A stretch of 62,615 nt of DNA, filler included, from Choristocarpus tenellus KU-1152 (taxonomy: Eukaryota > Protista > Phaeophyceae), in the NCBI GenBank assembly GCA_964200185.2. It is 10 parts of 10 records of this genome, joined end to end, with 100 filler letters (N's around TTAATTAATTAA, not from the genome) between each part and the next. Parts side by side here need not be neighbours in the genome. Positions count along the whole stretch, not along the records: positions 48,703 to 59,474 come from CAXNAD020002721.1; positions 59,575 to 62,615 come from CAXNAD020022743.1; 8 more parts are not named here. One strand, given 5' to 3'. The first letter of the stretch is position 1. The number at the start of each line of letters is the position of its first letter. Positions 52,301 through 62,615 of the stretch are shown here, one piece after another. The position numbers and the translations under genes are program-made. Under the pieces are notes generated by a model that saw only the letters and a program-made list of their open reading frames with translations, made no database searches and was not told where the DNA came from.

Positions 52301-55300
52301 ACAAACATCCACTATGGTTTGCAACTCCTGTATGAAATAATCTACACATCTCATTCATGTACAAAATATGAATATCAGGGGTTAGAGATACCTTAAATAT
52401 CAATAACATCACAGAAAAAAATCCACTACAACAAGATTAACAAAGTGTACCAAATAACACAAAACATACGCACACAGTTTTTCTTAAACTAAGAAAATTA
52501 CATCCTTTACCACATGCAAGTTCTCTCACACACTATCAAACCCCAAACTCCTTCCACTGAGGAAGGCGCCCAGTAGCTATCTCAGGTAGTTGATTAATGA
52601 ATTTGACAATCTTGTCCTCTCATGTACAAGAACATGTGGGATATGAAAGGCTGTCCAGCCCAGTAAGAACCCCAAAACCAATAGTTGGCTTTTGTATCAA
52701 TGTTGTTACACAGATATTCAAACTTGGACTCACATTTATAGGGACAAGAGTGACGCAGTATACACTTCAAAATATATATATATATATATATATTAATAAT
52801 AATATGAATACAACAAACATCCTCCCCTCTCACCTTGGCAAGCTGGAATGCTTTTGACTTAGCAACGTCCAACTCATCCGCCAGTTGCCTCAGCTCAGCC
52901 TCGGCTTCTGCTCTAATCCTACCCTCCTGCCAGTGATATCATTAGAGTTGGTAGAGTGTGTAACAGTATAAACAAAAGTATGTTCTAGGCATATATATAT
53001 ATATATTACAATAAAAGTAAAAGTCAGGGGTACAGAGAAAAACTGCCCTTCACAGTTGCAAAGACAAAACACGCACAAACATACATACACATACAAAAAC
53101 CATTTCTGGGCTTCCACATCAAAACTACGGGTAATGAGGCAGCAACTACTATCTGTCCTGCGATACACTACCAAGAATGAACTACTAAAAATATTACATA
53201 GTACATCAATTAACAAAAATAATAGTATAAATTATTATACAAATATGCAAAGAGTGAGGAATATCAGAATGCAAGCATGTTATGTTCAGCAACAAGAGCA
53301 AAACAAAAATCAAGGCGAGCGAACACACTTCCGTATCTCCTCAAATCCTACCCCCTCTCCCTCAAAGACACACTCAAACACAGACACACCTGCTCTCTCC
53401 TGGTCTCTGCAATCCTAGCCTCCTCCCTTGTGCTGGCCAGCAAAGCCTCTTTCTCTTCCAGGCTGGACCGTAAGGACTCAAGAGAAAAAAACAGCGACGA
53501 CTCCTCTGAATCCCTTGCCCTTCTGCTCCCCCCCCCCAACCAAAACGAAAGAAGATCAAATTATTTTTTATATTAATTTTTTTTGCAGGTTCAGGGTTGG
53601 GAATCAGTGAGAAAGTTAAAACGGACGAATGCATTGGATGGCCTTTCAGTACTTCCCAACGAAGTACCCACCCATCCAACAAACTTAGTATCTCCATGCA
53701 TAGTGGATTACACATAGCATGAAAGAGAATGGGGTGAGTGGGCAACACTTAATGGTACATTACTCTTTCCTCAACACTCCAATCACCACACATGCAATGT
53801 AGAATGTGGATTGAATCAACAATAAAAAGGTGTACCTTCAAGACAACACAGTGGGGCTATTCTGTTACAGCTTTAAACATGCCCCATCACACCCCAACTT
53901 TGCTTACAATGAACAAATCACACCTGAAAAAAAAACATTACCATGGAAAAAAAACAAACTTATACTACTCACTCACAGTTCAGGGAAGTTGGGTAAGCAG
54001 GAGAGTAAGAAAAATGGACACAGTGACTAACACAGAGGGTTAAACCATAAGTTCGCACTTTGAGGAGGGGGGGGGGGAAGTCATCCCATAATCAATGTGT
54101 TCAACAGATAAGCAAACTCAGGACCAAATGTCTAATCATCTCTCACCTCCCCGCATCTCTCCACCCCCCCTGCACCCCAAAACCACCTTCATCGAGACAT
54201 CATACCACTAACTACACACCAAAACACCACATGCCCCCCGAAATCAGAACACAACAAACCCACCTAGCGTCAGCCTGAGCCTCCAGCTCTGCCACTGTCT
54301 CCCTCAACTCTCCATTGCTCCTTTCCATTGACTGCCGTGCTTCCCTCTCCTCCTTCAGTCCAGCCATAGCCGCTGCTGCTGTCGCCTCCGCATTTGCCAA
54401 ACGCTTTCCCCAACCCTCCTCATCCACTTCCAGGTCATCCCTGGTCACACCCCTGGACCTGTGACCACCCCTATGGCCGATACCACTGTTGCCCCTGCCC
54501 TTAACTCCTCTGTCTCCCGAAGCAGCAACACTGGCCTCTAGGGCAGCGCCCTCCCGCCCCCAGTCTTCGTCCTCGACCTCACCATTGTTATCCCCCACTT
54601 GATCCGTTTCCTCACTCACCCCTTCCGACCCCGCCCCTGAAACAGAAGGCATTGTGGCCATACCAGCCATGGCTTGTTGGGCCATTTGCTGCATTGTTGC
54701 TTGACCTTCCACCGACATCTATGCGTGCGTGTGTGTGTGTGTTCAAGGGTGATATTTGAGTGGTGGGAAGCAGTACGGTACAGTATCATAGTGGGTGGGG
54801 AGCATGAGAAATTACAAGAGTAGGGCAGGGAGGAAGAAGAGGTGCATGTGGGTTTTGCACTCCTTTGTGGTGACTTGAGAGAGATTGCAGTGATTGATGA
54901 ACACAATACAAGCATATAAGTATCTGTAACGATGTTGAGGGTTGTTTATCACTACCACTGCATCCGTCATTGCTCAACCATATTATGTCCAAAAATTGCA
55001 ACACAAACTTGTCTTACTTGCCTAGCCTAATTTTATCCACACCACATTACATTAAAAAATGATCCCAAACGATACCCTTACCCTGATACCAACCCTAACC
55101 CTGAACCTGTGTGTTGATGTACATACTATCCATACGTAATCTTCATCACATGCTACGTGCACTATTTGACAATGCATATACACAAAAGACAAAACTATAA
55201 TATACCTCCTGCACAAAGGATAAAGCCTAATGAACAGTTCACACGAGAAGGAATAGTAGCACAATACAGTAACAGCAATCACAGCCCTCTTAAAGAAAAG

Positions 55301-58227
55301 AAATTAACAAATAACTTTTTTCTTCACGGCCTTCTTGTTTCAAACCTTTGGACAAAATGCACTGTCAGTCTTACCTACTGCAGCATACTATATGCAAATA
55401 TTGGGGAACAAACACCGTGCATAATCTTCACGCGAAAGGTTGTCAGCGGTGGGAAAGTGAGGCAAATGAAAAACCGTTCAATAAAACCTCAAAAAGAAAA
55501 AAAAAGCACAAAAATAGTGGTTGGACTTACAGGCAGCACAGTGATACCTTAAGAAAAAGGATGCTGGCATCATGCATGCCCATAGCTGGAGTTGCATGTA
55601 CTATTTTCTTTATTTTCAACAATGTGTCTTATGCAAGATTATTCTTATCTACATTAATATCATTCCCCCCCCTTCCCTCCTCCCACCCCCTCCCCAGCAA
55701 AAAGCACCTTCATGATTGCTGGGATGTATTCGACTTTTCCTGGGCACGACAACGCAGCCCCCACCAAAATTTGCACCAGCCCCCTCAGTTCCTCCGATGA
55801 TGCCTCCCTTGCCACCGCAGAAAGATCCAGTGAAGAAAAGTCAGCCTCCTTACCCAAGTACTCCCTATAGTATGTCTGCAGGTTGAACACAAGCTACATG
55901 AAGAAACACGGGAGGGAGGAGGTGAGAGAGCTGATTTCAAACTGATGCTTCAATGGCACAAAAACAAATCTGTTAACCCGACACAGGAGAGTGTCACGGA
56001 TACAAATAGGATTTTTTATTTAATTATTGGCTGAATTTTTCGTGGTGGACCAACGCAGAGCAAAATCCAAAAACAACACCGCCTCACGCATTGCAAAGCA
56101 ATTGATTACACTCGCATGATTACATACCAAAAGAGTCTCACTATTCAAAACCTAGAAATATCATGTCTTCCCTCTACTTCATAAACAAAATGTCCTCCCT
56201 CCCGCATATTGCTTGTGTGTTAACTGGATTAATTTTCAAAAGGGAGATTGCAGGGCAAAGAAAACTTTGTAAGAACCTTAAAATTACTTTTAATTAAATA
56301 TAATTTTTTAGACCTTGAGCACACACGTACACGGTTGTGTGTACCAATTGCTGTTACCTCCATTAATTTACTATAAAAAAGTATACTTCCTGTATTGCTG
56401 CATCAAAAAAACATTGAGAAAAAACAATACATACATTTGCTCACTTCAAGTCAGTAGCCCTTCCTCTTCCATAAGAGACCAATGAATTACAACACCTTCC
56501 CACACTTCAACCTAGCCCCTCTTAAATACCACCAAACATCACCTACCCCCCTACTATACAACTCTTATCATGTCACCTTCTTCAGGTTGTTCAACTTCAG
56601 TGCCCAATTGTCCCCCACTCCTTGTTTCATTGTCCCAAAGTCAAACAGGCCGGGTGCACTTACAGAAAATAGTACAATAAAAACAAACGTATGATGGCAA
56701 TCATTGTGTTGACCGGGGAGGGAGGGGATTAGCAGCAAATATACCTCTCATCATCACTTTTACTCAAACATGATATTATAATGTGATGGCCGTTATTAGA
56801 GGTATTACCCATACAGCTGAATCAATTTTTTTACACATGTTAGTACTACTGAGGAGGTTGTGAAGAAAGGGGGAGTGAAATGATACAACATCGGGAAATG
56901 TTGTGGGTGTTAATCACAGTTTAATGCTGTTTCTTGTTTTGATTTTTTTACCTCTTCATCTTGTGTGACACTCCTTTGCCAATGAGCAGAACTGGTCCAT
57001 TTGAACCAGCAAATCTAAGCATGTTTGAGACTGTTTTACCAGCACAGCATGCTTTCTTGATCTTCTCTACGCTGGTGTATTGCATGAACTAGTTTATTTC
57101 TCGGAACATACATTCCGAAACGAATAGACTCCTGAGAGCACTGAACTAATAGGCCACCTTTTCGAACACTTGTACCCAATGTAAATCATAAGTTCGTTGT
57201 GTCAGAGCATGAATCAATATTGAAAAACAAGGCTTGCAGGGATATACCCATGTTACAGACAAGAGAGGCATTGAAACACACCAGTGAAGTAAACCATGTG
57301 CACTCTCCAACTAGCTTATAGGAACTTCCCCCACCCCTCCCCACCTAAATGTGATCATTGAAAAACAAGTATTCTTGTATTCCTTCTATAGGCTCACATT
57401 TCTAGTAGTATCTCTCCGAGGGCAAGACCATCAGAGAGTTCTGACACATTAGCACAAGCAGAGGAGAGTCCAAATGTGTTAACCTTACAAACCATGAAAC
57501 GGAAGGGGCAAGGGAGAGAGGGGGGGTTCGATTAATGAGACAAGACCAAGGGAAAGTTCCTTTGGTTAAGGAAGCCGTGAACTGAGTGAATGAAAGCTCA
57601 AATTGTGATCATAACGGGACTAAAGGGAAGAATGGACTTAGAGAGGGACTGGGTGTGGGGGGGGCTGGGCTGCTGATCAAGAACATGCAGATCACACTAC
57701 ATCCAGCTGTTGTACCACCAGACCAACAATCAAATATCTGTAGTCCTAGCGAGTGCGGGAAATGTGCGACATAGACCAGCCAGTCTCCATCGCCTTTGTC
57801 ACCGCCAATAACTTTTTATGCAAATCAGAGCAGTACCTAAAGCAACTCCGAGTGCCAGCAATCGACTGCAGAGTGTAAGATATCCCCCTTGAGATTGATT
57901 CTCACAACAAACTCATTCAAAAGGCCCCACACAACACCAAAACCTAGACTCGGGGTCACACCAGTATCACTTGGTCATACAGGATTACAAATATTGGGGA
58001 TATGCCAGGTTAGAAACCGCCTTGAAACTGCCTTGAAGACAAATAACATATTCCCAACAACACAAGCAGTTCTACACTAAAGAGGTGTCCAAGACACATT
58101 TGTAAATTGTATGCACTTTCTCCCTTAACCATACAAAAAATGGACGGGAACCAACTACATCAAAACAAGTACGACAGGGGTAGTTAGCACCCACCCACTC
58201 CACTATGCCTGCTTCCAGAGGAGGCAT
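49359..58227 (-). CDS. HOOK: HOOK-family microtubule/dynein adaptor, 3'-partial; exons 58227-58195, 57483-57398, 56658-56577, 55893-55708, 54718-54264, 53522-53390, 52926-52834, 52199-52095, 51551-51480, 50987-50886, 49488-49359
   Basis: Hook domain EWVNTF...SELSDGLALGEIL...GDNWALKLNNLKK...ELRGLVQILVGAALSCPGKVEYIPAIMKM; coiled coil ADELDVAKSKA...VEKYKRRIDEMAELK; all introns GT-AG and in phase. Confidence 0.9.
51168..51345 (+). mobile_element. MITE family B copy in a HOOK intron
   Basis: GGCTCAAAGTATCTGGGGGGGG ... CCCCCCCCCAGGTACCCTGAGCC; flanks CCCA/CTCA. Confidence 0.82.
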
Positions 58228-59420
58228 GATTGGTCGCTTCCCTCAATCGTACGAGGAATACTTGAGAAATATTTGTTCGGGCGATGTTCCTTGCAGCTCA
58301 ACGAACCACAAAGGACAAACGGGACACAGCGCTTCCCAAAGGTCCCTCTCCTCGGTTCTTTGTCACCGATATAATGCTAAGGCTGTTTGGTGTGCGTTTG
58401 GAAGACTGATTCAGCTCCTTGATCTGACAAACACAAAGAGTGTTCCAAGTGGTTAGAAAAGCGCAAGGCCTTCCTTCTCCACACCTTGACCTCTTCTTAA
58501 CGGAATAAGAATCAAACCTAAGGCCCACGATAGTCGACACTTCCTAGGGTGGTGACAGTGCCAGGCAAGGGGACCTGGGGCACTCCTTCCCTTTCTCCCT
58601 AGGAATCAACTCTTTTGAGTTGTGAATGGAAAGGAGTGGAATTTCGCGCGTCTTACACGCGCAGTCCGTAATCTACCCCAAACCTAAGAATAATGGCGTT
58701 GTAAACCGAAAGCACTTATGAGTGGATTAAATCGGTTAGAAAAAAAATCGATTAGTCTAATTGAATCGAATTAAAATGTGGCAGAGGACATCACACGAAG
58801 ATATATGTTGTCTAGGTTACCAACTGCCACGTGGCGACACAAAACTATAGCTCCAAAAACGTAGAGGTGTGACGATAGAGATATGAAGCCATCAGCAATT
58901 AAATATATGGTGATTTGTGGGTAGTGATACCTCGCAACAAATATGTGGTTTTCTGTAACCTTGGACATGTTCAGTAATCACACTTCTTCTGTGATTTTAG
59001 AAAAACCCGATTAACTAAACTTCATCACAATTCAGCTAATCAGTTATATTCCGATTAATCGAACTAGAGCCGATTGAAGTGTCACCATTCATTCACAGCA
59101 CCAAAGAACAGTGTGAATTCTATAGCGGAGTGGTTAAGGAAACGGAGAGAATTACTAAACAAGACGGAACAGACAGACCAAGAAGAACCTTCATGTAAAA
59201 AATAATGCCTAAGTTCGACAAGTACAAGTGTGCAAAGTAGCGAGAGAATATAATCACGATTTACCCAGATGAGTTTTTGAAGGATGCCTCAGTGATCAAT
59301 TCCTCCCTGAATGATCACCAGGGTTCTCAGAAAGAACATCAAACGGTATGATGGTATATTGCAGACTGCAGTAATAGTATGACAACAGACAACCCTCTCT
59401 TCAACAGCACCCCTCCTGAT

Positions 59421-59474
59421 GACCCAAAGTATCTGTGAGGGGGGGGGGGTCTACACCAGGGTGTCCATTTGGAC
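59421..59474 (+). mobile_element. MITE family B, truncated by contig end
   Basis: GACCCAAAGTATCTG...GTCTACACCAGGGTGTCCATTTGG. Confidence 0.75.
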
Positions 59475-59574
59475 NNNNNNNNNNNNNNNNNNNNNNNNNN
59501 NNNNNNNNNNNNNNNNNNTTAATTAATTAANNNNNNNNNNNNNNNNNNNNNNNNNNNNNNNNNNNNNNNNNNNN
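59475..59574. other. Artificial contig linker
   Basis: N44-TTAATTAATTAA-N44. Confidence 0.98.
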
Positions 59575-59598
59575 GGGGGAGAATTGGGGAAAAGAAAA

Positions 59599-59650
<52 letters not shown>

Positions 59651-60590
59651 AGTACGGCGATCCATGAACGTTCGTGATTTGGAAGTAATATCGTCCGAAG
59701 AAGGTGATGCAAAAACGGCAACCTTATTGTGGCAAAAAGTCGAACACACTACCGATGCAACACTTACCTGTAAGGCCCATATTTTTGTACACGGCGTATT
59801 TGGGTGCCGCATTAGGTAGGTTAGGACTCGGGAAAAATATATATATTATTTTCTCTGCGTGCCGGTAACTAAGCTCTGCCGTTCGATCTTCACAAAATAC
59901 GTAAGTTAGCGCATTCTATACCACATTCACCTCGATCTGGTAGCCGAAGTCCATTGCTACAGTCTTCGCAACGAAAATGGTCGCCTCATCGCGTCCCATT
60001 GCCTTTCCCTGAGGATGGACAGCCTCAGCAAAACATTGCTGCATCTCCGTTGGGATGAGGGTCTGCCCCAAGGCTTCCGGCAGGCAGGAAGGGTCTATCA
60101 TGCGTTCTTGAACAAGAGACGTGGATCCCTGGAACATCATGTGCATACATGTGATAGCCCAACAACGTGGCAGTGAAGTGGGTTAGCCATGCGATAAGGT
60201 TCTGTCACATATGTATGGGTTATTCCGGTGTTGGTTAAAGATGTTGTGGTGTACTGCAGCACGTTTGTTTTTTGTTCGTGGGGGAAGGAGGACATTATGA
60301 CGGGACAAGGGTTAGGTGGGGAGCAATCACGGGACACACGCGGCCTGTGGCACCGAGAAACATGTTGCTGTGGACAGGAATACCACGAGGAATAAAAAAG
60401 ATGAGCAACGAAAAGATCCACAATGGGCTGACTGACAATGAACATCGCAAGGGAAACTCGGCAACAACATCATATATCAGAATAGTCATCAGGCGATCAC
60501 GGAACAACGAAAACACTCAACTTACTTCGGTGCTTAGTTGATCAGAACGGTCAGGTGATTATGGAACAACGAAAATACTCAATTACCCAC

Positions 60591-61029
60591 CGTTGGCAAT
60601 TAGCCTCTCTTCTGCTTGGTTGAACTCCATGTAGATCCGCATGGTGAAAGCGCGCTCGGGATCAAACACTCTCTTCAGCACCGTTACTCTATGGTTTCCG
60701 TCCAATACACGCCCTTCAATGGCAAGCGCAGTTTCGGCGTTGAGCTGATCCACATTACCTAAACATTCTCGCTGGATGACAACACTTGGAGCAAACTGCT
60801 CGAGCCAGTCTTTCTCCTATATAGACTTCCTCGCGCGCGCAAGTCCACGCTCGCTTAAAGGACGCACCATATCTGTGCATGTGACGTTTGTGAGTTTCAT
60901 CTTCTACGAGCCAAGGTAGTGCTGCTCTAGGAGCTGGGACATGCCCTTCAGAGTTAAGTCCCACGTTTTGGATCCATGGGCGTTTCCATCAGCGAGCGGG
61001 TGGGTTGTTGTTGAGGGAATGTTGGACAT
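60591..61029 (-). pseudogene. ParB/sulfiredoxin-like domain exon with two in-frame TAG codons
   Basis: From ATG 61029: ...VRPLSERGLARARKSI*EKDWLEQFAPSVVI...GRVLDGNHRVTVLK...ERLIAN, then a GT donor at 60590; TAG at 60906-60904 and 60819-60817. Confidence 0.7.
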
Positions 61030-61406
61030 GGCAAAGATTGGGAGGGTGTGATGGGGAAGGATAAGTAAGACGTCTGCGTGGTATCTACGGAGGGAATGAA
61101 TTGAAATGAGGACTGAGGGATGGGAGGTGCTGTTTTATGTCGTCTGGTCTGTCGATCCTCAAAACTCAGATTTCACCATTTTTATGAGAATTTTGTTACA
61201 AAAATACGAATATCAAACAGCATACGATTTCATATTGAACTGGGTCAGAGAGTATCTGTATTTTTGTGACCTTTTCGTTTCGTATGTTTCAAACGTATTA
61301 GATCAATGAAGGATGTGGATGTATCTGTATTTGTTGGTGTAAAAATTAGAATATCATTCTACTTTTGTATAACCCTAACGCACGTGTTTTGGGTGTTCAA
61401 CGGTAA

Positions 61407-61666
61407 GAGCCAGAGTATCTTAGAGGGTAGATTCGCGTCCAATTGGGGGGTCAAAATCCAATGTTGCGATTTTGATGTAATTTGAACTACTGTGTTTTTA
61501 GGAAGCATCAATATCCTTGTTCCAGACACACCCTTTCATAACGTCTACAATTTACCTACTCCGAAACATTTTGGAGGAGGAAAATGTCATAAAGACCCCC
61601 AAGGGAAGCCAAGCCCCCAAATGGACAGAGAGAGCAAAAATCGTACCCTCTAAGATAATTTCACTC
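61407..61666 (+). mobile_element. MITE family A copy
   Basis: GAGCCAGAGTATCTTAGAGGGTAGA ... GTACCCTCTAAGATAATTTCACTC; no TSD visible. Confidence 0.9.
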
Positions 61667-62000
61667 GCATGCATCAAACTTGACAGTGACATCACACAAG
61701 TAGTTATCGCAGGGATTCATGAAATCTCATACCACTAACATTATAATAGTACAATGAGTGTGGAATGCAAGGCAAAATAACCAACGCAAAAATTGCAAAC
61801 AATAGGAAATTAAGTAATGATAGAAGTAAATATGGAAAAAACAATGTAGTGAAGATGAGCAACGCAAGCATGCGATTCGCGGACAATGAAACAAAGAAGT
61901 ACATAGTTGACGGGGGGAAAGAGCAAGCGACACAAAAGGAAGTAGAAGGTACGAAGGACATGAAACAACATGAGGAAAGTGAAAAAGGAATACACACGAC

Positions 62001-62394
62001 CTAATCCGCATCTCCTGAACGGTCGCACAATATTCGATCGGCATACGGACGGAATGATAACGGCCACCCGGATTGCATCGGTCTCCCGCAATATACCCCG
62101 TATTCCAGCACTTGCAAACTCTGCAACTCACCTACTAGGCGATGTAATTGCACCTTCCACGGGTGTGGCACAATGAGCGCGATGGTGCCCTGAGGATGCA
62201 TCTTAGGCTGCAAGCACTGAAGCACCTCGCGCAGGTGTGTGTTGGTCGCCTCTTCGTCGATGAGGAGTCTTGGCTCAGCGGCAATGGACACTATGGCGAG
62301 CTTTGGCGCGTTGCGGAAGGCGAAATCACCAAGTTTGTCAAAGGATACCGTGGGGTTGAGAGGGCGAAGGTCGTGTAGTGCCGTGTTCTCACTC
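62001..62394 (-). CDS. Putative terminal exon, possible degenerate Rossmann methyltransferase-like fold
   Basis: Open ~130 codons after a CAG acceptor: ...APKLAIVSI...HLREVLQCLQPKMHPQGTIALIV... resembles the 'e..rvLkpgG.l.l' motif; catalytic motif not recognisable. Confidence 0.35.
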
Positions 62395-62615
62395 CTGCTT
62401 GGACATCATGGCACACGACACAGTAGACAGACAGCACGACAAGAAGGACGGCATAGTAAGCTAAGGTGCAGGCAATCTTTTCATTAAGTGAGCTACTGAC
62501 AATATTTCCATGGCACCTCCAAAATGTCAGGCCGTACCCTCCACAACGCCAGACTCATCAGATACATCTCGTGGAAGGAGGGTAGACGTCAAAACACTAA
62601 GTTCCATGGCCCATG

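Noticed and set aside
58720-59075. Clusters of CGATTA/TAATCG words (similar CAGTTCAATT words at 13260-13630) as another TIR element
   Set aside because: No clean termini, TSD or second copy in the window.

Overview
This window is eukaryotic, intron-rich genomic DNA, most likely from a photosynthetic stramenopile (brown-alga-like, inferred from a bipartite plastid presequence and gene content). It is not contiguous: ten contigs are joined by nine artificial 100-bp N44-TTAATTAATTAA-N44 linkers, so gene order across linkers means nothing. Hand-spliced genes: a three-OB-fold SHLD2/FAM35A-like gene head-to-head with a plastid-targeted [2Fe-2S] ferredoxin, the 3' part of a NAGPA/phosphodiester-glycosidase-like membrane protein, a partial histone H3, a Gly-rich terminal exon ending in KRMRIEELLH, an 11-exon HOOK-family gene, and a ParB/Srx-like domain with two in-frame TAG codons next to a possible methyltransferase-fold remnant. 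The non-coding part is dominated by two related MITE families sharing a terminal motif (10 and 3 copies, with 3-4-bp target-site duplications), plus chromovirus, LINE/RLE and gag remnants. All family assignments come from motif recognition by eye, not from database searches.
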